A stretch of DNA of 32,000 bases from Psychrobacter sp. HD31. GTDB taxonomy: Bacteria > Pseudomonadota > Gammaproteobacteria > Pseudomonadales > Moraxellaceae. Below, piece after piece: positions 19,196 to 31,539 of the stretch. Under the pieces are notes generated by a model. That model saw only the letters and a program-made list of their open reading frames with translations, was not told where the DNA came from and ran no database searches. The position numbers and the translations under genes were made by a program. The number at the start of each line of letters is the position of its first letter. Position 1 is the first letter of the stretch. The stretch spans positions 1,530,001 to 1,562,000 of the forward strand of contig NZ_CP142525.1 in assembly GCF_051097895.1 (NCBI RefSeq). Direction: 5' to 3'.

Positions 19196-19521
19196 ATTTT
19201 AGTTATCCTAACCATAAAAATGAGCTGAGTGCATTTTTGTTAACATCAGTTTCAATAATACATCATACAACTCTTAATAAAACCTATTAAAGCGTTTCAT
19301 ACAGCCTATACCACCTATCAATACTATCACTTTAAAATAATTGTAAAACAGGTTTTTGTGTAATAATGACGTGTTAGATAAGTTAAAATGAGGCTACTTA
19401 ATAGTTCCTCAATGATGCGTGTGCGTGGATAAAGCTCTATATAGTTTAATTAATAACGAAAAATATCCAACTTACCTTACTCTACCTCACCCAAAAATAA
19501 TATTTTAAAAAAGGATAAATT

Positions 19522-20481
19522 ATGAAAGCAGTCTTCCTAGATCGTTCTACCTTTTCTACAGAGGTAGCGCTCCCAAAACCTGATGGCATTACTGACTATC
19601 AAGTATTTGATAGCACCACGCAAAACGATGCTTTTATTATCCAGCGTTGTAAAGATGCAGATATTATTATCACCAATAAAGTGGTGCTAAATCGTGCCAT
19701 TCTTGAACAACTACCAACACTAAAGCTTATCCAGCTTACCGCCACAGGCATGAACAATGTCGATTTATCAGCATGCGAACAGCTAGGTATAACAGTAAAA
19801 AACATCGCAGGCTATGCCGTTAAAAGCGTACCAGAGCATACCTTTATGCTCATGCTCAACGCCATGCGAGCAAGTCGCCATTATCATCAAACAGTAACTA
19901 ATTTTAGTCATAGCAAAAAAAGCCCTTGGATAGACTCAAATAAGTTTTGTCTGATGGATGAAACTATTTATGATTTAGAAGGTAAAACGCTGGGTATTAT
20001 CGGCATGGGCACTATTGGCAAACGCGTGGCAGAAATCGCCAATGTATTTGGGATGAAGGTACTCATCGCAGAACGTCAAGGGAATCCCCCACGCAATGCT
20101 GATTATATAGATTTTGAAACCGTATTGGAACAAGCTGATGTGTTGACGTTGCACTGCCCATTAACAGACAAAACTCAACACCTTATTAATGCAAATACCA
20201 TTAGCAAAATGAGTAAAAAGCCATTAATTGTTAATGTCGCACGTGGCGGTGTGGTCGATAGCACAGCAATGGCACAAGCGGTTAAAAGTGGTACCGTGTT
20301 TGGCTACGCCAGCGATGTTTTTGAAATTGAACCGATGACAGCTGATGATCCGCTACAACAAATTGCCAATCACCCAAGAGTCTTTTTTACCCCACACAAT
20401 GCGTGGGGCAGTTTATCGGCACAATCAAAACTTTGGGATATTTTATGTAAGCAAGTTATCGAGTTTATCAAAACTACTTAG
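19522..20481 (+). CDS. D-isomer-specific 2-hydroxyacid dehydrogenase (glycerate/hydroxypyruvate reductase-like)
   Basis: 319 aa. NAD-binding GKTLGIIGMGTIGKRVA, and the catalytic-region motifs NVARGGVVD and TPH. Confidence 0.8.
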   Translation: MKAVFLDRSTFSTEVALPKPDGITDYQVFDSTTQNDAFIIQRCKDADIIITNKVVLNRAILEQLPTLKLIQLTATGMNNVDLSACEQLGITVKNIAGYAVKSVPEHTFMLMLNAMRASRHYHQTVTNFSHSKKSPWIDSNKFCLMDETIYDLEGKTLGIIGMGTIGKRVAEIANVFGMKVLIAERQGNPPRNADYIDFETVLEQADVLTLHCPLTDKTQHLINANTISKMSKKPLIVNVARGGVVDSTAMAQAVKSGTVFGYASDVFEIEPMTADDPLQQIANHPRVFFTPHNAWGSLSAQSKLWDILCKQVIEFIKTT

Positions 20482-20527
20482 GAAAAATTTAAACACATGT
20501 AAATTCTACTTTTGTTATATAAACTTT

Positions 20528-20664
20528 AAAAAAAGATGGTCTGCTATTGTTTCACATGAAACATGTCGAGAGTTTAATGCTTTTGGATAATTGCACCAAA
20601 TACACCATAAGTTAACCAGCCTTATTTTATTTTGGACTAGTTTTACGTAGCAGACCTCTTTTTT
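20528..20664. repeat. Nested long-range inverted repeat in the convergent spacer (A7-GATGGTCTGCTA ... TAGCAGACCTC-T6)
   Basis: The arms 20528..20546 and 20648..20664 pair over 17 bp with one bulged T. They enclose 101 nt that contain copy 2 of the 21-mer. The right arm overlaps the msrAB stop codon. Confidence 0.6.
20545..20565. repeat. 21-nt palindromic repeat TATTGTTTCACATGAAACATG, copy 2
   Basis: Identical over 21 nt to 3527..3547, in the same orientation. Confidence 0.7.
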
Positions 20665-22336
20665 ACTTAACCAATTCTTTTAAAACCCCATAGCCCAAAT
20701 CATCCATTTGCTCGTAAGGGATAAATCGCAACGCACCGCCATTAATGCAATAACGCAAACCACCTTTATCAACTGGTCCATCCTCAAATACATGCCCCAA
20801 ATGAGCGTCTGCGACACGAGAACGCACTTCCACTCGCTTCATGTTATAGCTGTTATCAGCATGTTCAGTAATCACTTGCGGATCAACTGGTTTGGTAAAG
20901 CTTGGCCAGCCACAACCAGAATTGAACTTATCATTAGATAAAAACAGCGGCTCACCGCTTACCACATCCACATATATACCATCTTCAAATAAATGATCAT
21001 ATTCATGAGTAAAGGCTCGCTCCGTTGCCCCATTTTGAGTAATGTCATAAGCATCATCACTAAGCGTATCTTTTAAGTTAACACCTTTAAAGCTTTGATA
21101 GCGGCTGGCATTTAAACCTTCTTCTATAGTCGTAGCTTTATTTAGCTTATTCAACAGGTTTGTATTGTTAGATGGCTCAGGCTCAATTTTTTTATCCGCC
21201 AAACTGATATCAATATGACAATAGCCATTTGGATTTTTACTTAAATAATCTTGATGGTATTCTTCTGCCTCAAAAAAATGTTCAAGAGGTTGATTTTCTA
21301 TAACTATTTTTTCATCAAACTGAGCTTGCAACTTATTTAAGTTGTCTTCAATAACCGCTTTGTCATTAGCATCGCTATAATAAATACCTGTACGGTATTG
21401 AACCCCTTTGTCATTACCTTGTTTATTTAGACTGGTTGGATTAATAACCCTAAAATAATACTTAAGCAAGGTATTTAAGTCTATTTTATCGGCATCATAG
21501 GTTACTTTAACTGTCTCAGCATGCCCAGATCCTGCAATCACTTGCTCATAACTTGGGTTAAGTATCTCATTACCATTGGCATAGCCAGAAACCGCATCAA
21601 TCACACCATCAATGCGCTCAAAATAGGCTTCGACTCCCCAAAAACAGCCGCCTGCTAAATAGATGGTTTTTGTATTCATTTTAGTTCCTTTCTCATTATA
21701 TGACTCATTAAGTATAGATTTTGGTTGTGATACTACTTGGTTATTTTTAAATTCTTTAAAATTATTATTGGCATAGTCAGCCAAGGCAACAACTTGTTGC
21801 TCAGTTAAATTGCCTTTTACTAACTTCACTAAATTACCTTTATTGTCTAAAATAGCCCAACTTGGGTAAACCTGCACCCCAAAAGTTTTAATTAACACGC
21901 CTTTATCGTCAATTAAAACAGGTAAATTTGGATAGTCTGCCTGCACACCTTGATACCATTTGGTGAACTCTGTTAACGTCTGTTCGTTTAATTGACCGGG
22001 GCTGGCAATGGTTACCAAATTAACCGCTTGCAATCTTTCATCGTCTCTTAAATTGTTTACCTCACCAAGCGTTGATAAACACAAAGGACACCAACTTGCC
22101 CAAAACTTAACCAAAGTTGGTTTGTTTTGATCAATAACTTGCTCTCCTGTTTCTCCTAATAAGGGGGATATTTGTGGCATCGCAAGCAGGTGCTTTAAAG
22201 TCGCACTTGGTAATATCTCTGCACGATTGCTAACTCCTGTTTTTGTATCATCCGCTTGTTTATTGGCAAAAGTTGACTGATTACAAGCCAAAAGCAATAA
22301 GCAAGGAAGAAACATAACTAATTTTTTAACATCCAT
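20663..22336 (-). CDS. msrAB: Tri-domain thioredoxin-like / MsrA / MsrB peptide-methionine sulfoxide reductase, predicted lipoprotein
   Basis: The ATG at 22336 follows a GAGGTGG SD; the track start, GTG at 22342, is 2 codons upstream. Lipobox LLLLAC, a Trx-like WCPLC, MsrA GGCFWG, and Msr[12 protein letters not shown]. Same architecture as Neisseria PilB/MsrAB. Confidence 0.9.
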   Translation of the reverse strand: MDVKKLVMFLPCLLLLACNQSTFANKQADDTKTGVSNRAEILPSATLKHLLAMPQISPLLGETGEQVIDQNKPTLVKFWASWCPLCLSTLGEVNNLRDDERLQAVNLVTIASPGQLNEQTLTEFTKWYQGVQADYPNLPVLIDDKGVLIKTFGVQVYPSWAILDNKGNLVKLVKGNLTEQQVVALADYANNNFKEFKNNQVVSQPKSILNESYNEKGTKMNTKTIYLAGGCFWGVEAYFERIDGVIDAVSGYANGNEILNPSYEQVIAGSGHAETVKVTYDADKIDLNTLLKYYFRVINPTSLNKQGNDKGVQYRTGIYYSDANDKAVIEDNLNKLQAQFDEKIVIENQPLEHFFEAEEYHQDYLSKNPNGYCHIDISLADKKIEPEPSNNTNLLNKLNKATTIEEGLNASRYQSFKGVNLKDTLSDDAYDITQNGATERAFTHEYDHLFEDGIYVDVVSGEPLFLSNDKFNSGCGWPSFTKPVDPQVITEHADNSYNMKRVEVRSRVADAHLGHVFEDGPVDKGGLRYCINGGALRFIPYEQMDDLGYGVLKELVK

Positions 22337-22469
22337 AACCACCTCACAAGCAGTATAAAAGTATTATCAATAACAACATAGAGTGTTAACAACCATCACT
22401 ACGATAAGGTAAAATATGCTGTAAGTATAACAACAAAACTAATTTTTTATTACCATTTTGAGAACACAT

Positions 22470-23354
22470 ATGCCCTATATATTTGATGAAATAAATCATA
22501 TAAATTGGTCTGCTCCTTGGCATGCTCACTTACAAGAAAATATCTTAACACCCCAATTTTATAAAATTAAACAAAGTGATGACTCCCAGAAGTTAAGTTT
22601 AGCAGCTACACTTAACCAATTACTATCAACCCATAAAAGTATACTAACGGGTGCCGATAAACCTGCCAAATTTATCACTCAGGCGTATTTTGATAGTTTG
22701 CCTAACACCCAAGCATACGAAGCACACATCGCCAAAACTGGACAAATACCAACCCGTGATAACCTACATGATTTATTTAATGCCTGGATTTGGTTTACTT
22801 TTCCGAAAACCAAAGCAATGCTCAACCGTTACCAGTCGCTGCAAATTGCTCGTGATGGTATTAGCAATGCAAGAGGACGAGTAAGAGATGCCATTACCAT
22901 TTTTGATGAATGTGGTGCCATTTTTGTCACGAGTGAGGAATCAATTGCCCAGGCATTAAAAAACTTTGACTGGCAACACTGCTTAGTTAAATCAAGAGAT
23001 ACTTGGGATAATCCATTAAAGCTGCATACAATTAAAAATGCAAATAGCTCGGTTTATATTTTTGGACATGCCACACTTGAACAGTTGGTTGAACCTCGTA
23101 AACCCATTTGTAGCCATTGTAAAATCGTTTTAGTAGAGGCAGATTTTTTTAAATTAACCATGACAGAACGAATGTGCTATTTAGATAAGCGTTTGACTAT
23201 AGAAGTTGCAGAGTGGTTAGAGAAAGACAATGTCCAACCTAGAGATTTATCACCGTTACCAATTCTTGGTATTCCACATTTTTGGGATGAAAATAAAAAC
23301 GCTGAGTTTTATGAAGATGCATTTGTATTTAGGAGTGGACGCAGAAAAAAATAA
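22470..23354 (+). CDS. DUF3025 domain protein, function unknown
   Basis: ATG at 22470 (the track uses TTG at 22458). INWSAPW...PTRDNLHDLFNAWIWFTFPKTKAMLN...RGRVRDAITIFDECGA fits my memory of the DUF3025 family; no HMM was run. Confidence 0.55.
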   Translation: MPYIFDEINHINWSAPWHAHLQENILTPQFYKIKQSDDSQKLSLAATLNQLLSTHKSILTGADKPAKFITQAYFDSLPNTQAYEAHIAKTGQIPTRDNLHDLFNAWIWFTFPKTKAMLNRYQSLQIARDGISNARGRVRDAITIFDECGAIFVTSEESIAQALKNFDWQHCLVKSRDTWDNPLKLHTIKNANSSVYIFGHATLEQLVEPRKPICSHCKIVLVEADFFKLTMTERMCYLDKRLTIEVAEWLEKDNVQPRDLSPLPILGIPHFWDENKNAEFYEDAFVFRSGRRKK

Positions 23355-23479
23355 TATACCCTTATGCCACTAAAAAAGTAGCTCTAATTAATATAAACAC
23401 ACTTTGTTATATGTGTTCATCTTCATTAATCTTAGACGTAAGTATAAAATCTTCCCATTTTCCTGCAATTTTTAAATAT

Positions 23480-24218
23480 GGGTCTAGATAACTTTAGCAC
23501 AATATAAGGTGTGTTAAAGTTAAGCTATGACTGGTTTAAACAAGTATTATAAGCGTTCACATATTTCAGAAGCAAAATTTAGGCAAATAATCAAACTATT
23601 TTGTCATGATTTACCTGCCTCTAAAGTATCAGAAATGTCAGGTGTTAGTCGAGTTACTATCAACAAACTCTTTCTTAAACTTAGAGTTAGAATTGCTCAA
23701 TTATGTGAACAAGCATCACCACTCTCAGGTGAAGTTGAAGTAGATGAAAGTTACTTTGGTGCTAAGAGAGTAAGAGGTAAACGTGGTCGAGGTACCAGTG
23801 GTAAAACCATTGTATTTGGCATCTTAAAACGTGAGGGTAATGTTTATACTGAAATTGTACCTGATGCCTCTAAAAAGCAGTTACAGCAAGTTATTAGAGG
23901 TAAAGTAGATATTGGTAGCATTATCCATTCAGATGGTTGGAGAGGTTATAACGGACTTGTTGATGTGGGCTATGAAAAACACTATAGAGTTCATCATGGT
24001 AACAATGAATTTGCTAGAGGTAATGCACATATAAACGGTATTGAATCATTCTGGTCTTATGCTAAAAGAAGACTAACAAAGTTCAATGGTGTTGCTAGTG
24101 ATAAGTTCTATCTTCACCTCAAAGAATGTGAATTTAGATTCAACCATAGAAACGATAATCTCTATGCTAAACTATTAGCAGAATTTAGAAAAAATCCTCT
24201 CTAAAGTTATCTAGACCC
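23480..24218 (+). mobile_element. IS1595-family (IS1016-group-like) insertion sequence, 739 bp
   Basis: Perfect 18-bp terminal inverted repeats GGGTCTAGATAACTTTAG (23480..23497 and 24201..24218). A single DDE transposase ORF. Flanked by a 7-bp direct repeat TAAATAT (23473..23479 and 24219..24225). Confidence 0.9.
23527..24204 (+). CDS. IS1595-family (ISXO2-like) DDE transposase
   Basis: 225 aa. N-terminal HTH region plus EVDESYFG...SGKTIVFGILKR...IHSDGWRGYNGL...INGIESFWSYAKRRL, typical of IS1595/IS1016 transposases. The stop codon lies inside the right IR. Confidence 0.9.
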   Translation: MTGLNKYYKRSHISEAKFRQIIKLFCHDLPASKVSEMSGVSRVTINKLFLKLRVRIAQLCEQASPLSGEVEVDESYFGAKRVRGKRGRGTSGKTIVFGILKREGNVYTEIVPDASKKQLQQVIRGKVDIGSIIHSDGWRGYNGLVDVGYEKHYRVHHGNNEFARGNAHINGIESFWSYAKRRLTKFNGVASDKFYLHLKECEFRFNHRNDNLYAKLLAEFRKNPL

Positions 24219-24905
24219 TAAATATTTTCTCGCAACGCCTTCTTTTTCAAATCCAAGTTTTAATAAAACCGTTTCACTACGCTGATTATGAGGCATATAG
24301 GTCGCCATGATGCGATTAAGTCCAACAAAATCGAACATATAACATATAGCTTCATCAAGTATTTCGGTCATATAACCCTGACCCTCAAACTTTTTAGCAA
24401 TAGTGTAACCTAAAAAACAAGCTTGAAAAACGCCTTGCACTATACCCGTAAAGTTACAAACGCCAACAATTTCATTGGTTTCTTTATGCAATGCCACAAA
24501 TCTAACTTCATTCCCTTTTTTAAATGCCAACTCACTGGCTTTACACACTGATAACCAATTATCTAAAGTATAAAATTTATCTGAGCGTTTAGGTTACCAT
24601 GGAGATAAATGCTCACTATTTTCAAGCTCATATGCAAGCAAAGCTGGTGCATGCTTTTTAGACATCACCTCAATATAAGTTCTTGCCGTATTTATCATTA
24701 TTATTCCAAGATTAGATAGTATTACTAAATAGATAGCGACACTGATGCATGCCTCAAGCCATTGTAGCACAAGTACAAAACCAATCTTTACAGATACATA
24801 GAGAATAAAATAAACAATCTACTTTCATCACATAACAACCAATCACTAATTGTAAGTCAACAATTCAGCAGAGCAACATAAGAATAACAATAAAAAGCCA
24901 AGCAT

Positions 24906-24936
24906 AAAAAACCGCCCCACTCAGTGAGCGGGGCGG
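24906..24936 (-). terminator. Intrinsic terminator of the rrn operon
   Basis: GC-rich stem CCGCCCC / GGGGCGG (24912..24918 and 24930..24936). A six-A run on the plus strand (24906..24911) gives a U6 run on the minus-strand transcript. A smaller hairpin GTAACC-GGTTG-GGTTAC lies at 24944..24960, between the 5S gene and this stem. Confidence 0.8.
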
Positions 24937-24968
24937 TTTTGGAGTAACCGGTTGGGTTACGAATAAGG

Positions 24969-25083
24969 AGCTGACGATGACCTACTCTCACATGGGCGAA
25001 CCACACTACCATTGGCGCGAAGACGTTTCACTTCTGAGTTCGGGAAGGGATCAGGTGGTTCCATCTTGCTATTATCGTCAGCG
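24969..25083 (-). rRNA. rrf: 5S ribosomal RNA
   Basis: The reverse complement reads GCTGACGATAATAGCAAGATGGAACCACCTGATCCCTTCCCGAACTCAGAAGTGAAACG...CCCATGTGAGAGTAGGTCATCGTCAGC, with the helix I ends pairing. Ends are accurate to about 2 nt. Confidence 0.9.
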
Positions 25084-25227
25084 AAGGGGTTTTAACAACA
25101 GCAACCGACTAGGTTGCTAGTAGAAATGAGTTTTATATATGTCTTTCGACTTTCAAGATTATTATCTGATATCAAGCTTATGATGATATCGAAATTATAT
25201 TAACTATATAAACCATTTTGGTATTGT

Positions 25228-28076
<2,849 letters not shown>

Positions 28077-28389
28077 ATACAATCCAAAATAGTTTGCAAT
28101 GTATAGGTAATTTAATTAACGATATCACCATTTGTGTTGTTATCTATCTTCCAATAAATAACGCGCTTGATTCAGTTCTCTTTACTTTTCGATAGTTAAC
28201 GGTGGGATAACATTACAATGTCATTCCGTTAACTATCAGGTTAAACACATTCTTGTTGGAACAGTGTGTTTAACCCAGACTCATTTCTATGTTGTTAAAT
28301 AGTTTATGATGCTCTCTTCAAGTCATCATGTTCTTTCTGCTTTCACAGATATAAATAATCTTCCCAAATTACTTATATCTGTAAATTAA

Positions 28390-28465
28390 TGGTGGAGCCA
28401 AGGAGAGTCGAACTCCTGACCTCCTGCGTGCAAGGCAGGCGCTCTACCAACTGAGCTATGGCCCC
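28390..28465 (-). tRNA. tRNA-Ala (anticodon TGC), spacer tRNA with encoded CCA
   Basis: The reverse complement is GGGGCCATAGCTCAGTTGGTAGAGCGCCTGCCTTGCACGCAGGAGGTCAGGAGTTCGACTCTCCTTGGCTCCACCA. The G3-U70 identity pair is present. Confidence 0.95.
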
Positions 28466-28466
28466 A

Positions 28467-28543
28467 TGGTGGGTCTAATAAGACTTGAACTTATGACCCC
28501 CGCGTTATCAACACGGTGCTCTAACCAGCTGAGCTATAGACCC
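28467..28543 (-). tRNA. tRNA-Ile (anticodon GAT), spacer tRNA with encoded CCA
   Basis: The reverse complement is GGGTCTATAGCTCAGCTGGTTAGAGCACCGTGTTGATAACGCGGGGGTCATAAGTTCAAGTCTTATTAGACCCACCA. Confidence 0.95.
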
Positions 28544-28603
28544 TTATAGCTTACTTCTTAAAAAACAACTTGTTGTGAATTCTTGCCAATTGAATGCTTT
28601 CGT

Positions 28604-30136
<1,533 letters not shown>

Positions 30137-30405
30137 AATCTTTGTTGAGACCTTTTAAGATGGTCCCTAATCTTGGCTCATTCGTACTTTACTAGCATAT
30201 TTACTTAAGTATGTTCGTATATGAATTAACTTTGAGTATTTCTACTAATTTCGTCGAATGATTATCTTTTTAAAGTCATTCTAAATTAGCAAAAATCCAC
30301 ACAAGTTGTTTTTTAAGTTTGTTTTTAATGAGTTAGATTACCTTCGTCAGGTTAATCTTTACCCCCTTTGTCTTCAACGTATGCTGTGCGACTCAGGGAA
30401 GGCAT

Positions 30406-30433
30406 ATTATATAGTGTTTATCTCTCGTGTCAA
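30406..30433 (-). promoter_or_regulatory. rrn promoter P2 (minus strand)
   Basis: The minus strand reads TTGACA (30433..30428), 16-bp spacer, TATAAT (30411..30406). About 270 nt upstream of the mature 16S 5' end. Confidence 0.7.
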
Positions 30434-30560
30434 CACTTTTTTACGCCTTTTTAAAGTTTTTTCGCTTCGCTTTTCTTTGTTTTAAGCTTAACTCAATTTC
30501 ACTTTAATTTACGCTACAAAACTTCGCTTTGTCAGCTCTGCCCCGTTTGCGTGAGGGCGT

Positions 30561-30588
30561 ATTATACGCAGTTTTTTTAGGTTGGCAA
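30561..30588 (-). promoter_or_regulatory. rrn promoter P1 (minus strand)
   Basis: The minus strand reads TTGCCA (30588..30583), 16-bp spacer, TATAAT (30566..30561), then a GC-rich discriminator ACGCCCTCACGC. An A/T-rich UP-like tract (CTTTAAAAAA) lies just upstream. Confidence 0.7.
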
Positions 30589-30794
30589 GGGGTTTTTTAA
30601 AGATTTGTGAAATTTGCTTGTAAGGGGCTGGTTTGAAAGGGGTTTTTGGGTTCAAAGAAGTTAGGCTAAGTTAGTATCGTTCGAGTGTTTTGTTTTCAAT
30701 GATAGTTGATTTTTTATAGGGTTAACGTTCACATAAAAGGCGAGCGGTAGCGAGCCCAGCCCACGTTTTTTTGTGGGCAATTTTAATGTGTTTG

Positions 30795-31169
30795 TTATAA
30801 GGCAATTATTTCTACACCTCGAATTGAAATATATAAAAAACCAAAAATAAAAGCGCCTAGTGATAGAAACCTAGAGACATAGGATAATATTTTATTTCTC
30901 TCTACCCCTGCATCTTGGTTTGATGCTTTAAGAGTGTTGACTCTATATCTAAAATAATTGACAAGAACACCGGAAACCAAACCTAAGCAAAAAAACCTAA
31001 GCCCATAAAATGAGACAATTGCAAGTTCAATATTACTGTCAATAACTGCTTGAGCAAAACCAAGTAAAGCAATAATTGCCCCTGAATTTATTAGAATAAG
31101 ACTTTGAACAAATTTATGTTCAATATCGACTCTTGCTTGATATTTAGCATCCTCAGAAATTGCCATCAT
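30795..31169 (-). CDS. Hypothetical small membrane protein (about 3 predicted TM helices), no recognisable family
   Basis: 124-aa ORF with hydrophobic segments LILINSGAIIALLGFAQAVI, IVSFYGLRFFCLGLVSGVLV and FLSLGAFIFGFLYISI. The region is AT-rich. There is no homology I can recognise. Confidence 0.4.
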   Translation of the reverse strand: MMAISEDAKYQARVDIEHKFVQSLILINSGAIIALLGFAQAVIDSNIELAIVSFYGLRFFCLGLVSGVLVNYFRYRVNTLKASNQDAGVERNKILSYVSRFLSLGAFIFGFLYISIRGVEIIAL

Positions 31170-31428
31170 TTTCCCAACTTATCGACTCATAACAATTTAT
31201 TACCTTGCCAGACTAGCATTGATATCAAACTTTAACAATATAAACATAGCAATAAAGCTCTTTTATTGCATATATTTATCATAATAGTTGTAGGGTAGGT
31301 TAGCAAAGCGTAACTCACATTTCTAATTGTAAACAGAAACAAACAATTACATAACCACACTCTACCACATATTTTTAACCTCGCCATGGTGCGGTTTAGC
31401 CCTGATGGTAGCGGTATTGAAATTTAAG

Positions 31429-31506
31429 CTGTGGCGATTGCGAACAAGGTTAAGGGTGGTTGCTTGGATAATGAAACACCTTTAACCACAATGAGCAACG
31501 CCACAG
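31429..31506. other. 78-nt imperfect long hairpin (candidate structured RNA or REP/MITE-like element)
   Basis: The outer stem CTGTGGCG(A)TTGC pairs with GCAACGCCACAG (31495..31506). The inner 11-bp stem GGTTAAGGGTG (31448..31458) pairs with CACCTTTAACC (31477..31487), with one G-U. The loop is 18 nt. It sits in a locally GC-richer patch of a 370-bp non-coding spacer. Confidence 0.4.
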
Positions 31507-31539
31507 ACAAATTGAAATAATAGCGGACAGCAGGATTGG

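Larger units (their letters stand above)
23407..24698 (-). pseudogene. rimJ: rimJ-like ribosomal-protein-alanine N-acetyltransferase (GNAT), disrupted by the IS and by an in-frame TAA
   Basis: Own translation. 24698..24597 gives MINTARTYIEVMSKKHAPALLAYELENSEHLSPW, then TAA (24596..24594), then PKRSDKFYTLDNWLS, then the track ORF up to ...GFEKEGVARKYL at 24219. After the IS and one target-site-duplication (TSD) copy are removed, the frame continues from 23472 as KIAGKWEDFILTSKINEDEHI* (stop at 23409..23407). Collinear with E. coli RimJ as remembered (..HFLKPWEPVRD.., ..RIMANYMPHN.., ..[23 protein letters not shown]..). Confidence 0.8.

Noticed and set aside
30759-30778. Hairpin GCCCAC-GTTTTTTT-GTGGGC downstream of the small membrane-protein gene
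   Set aside because: It could insulate the rrn promoters, but there is no U-run after the stem on the relevant minus strand, so I do not call it a terminator.
31291-31317. REP-like string TAGGGTAGGTTAGCAAAGCGTAACTCA
   Set aside because: It occurs once in the window and is only a poor dyad. It is reminiscent of REP elements in other gammaproteobacteria, but a single copy is insufficient to call.
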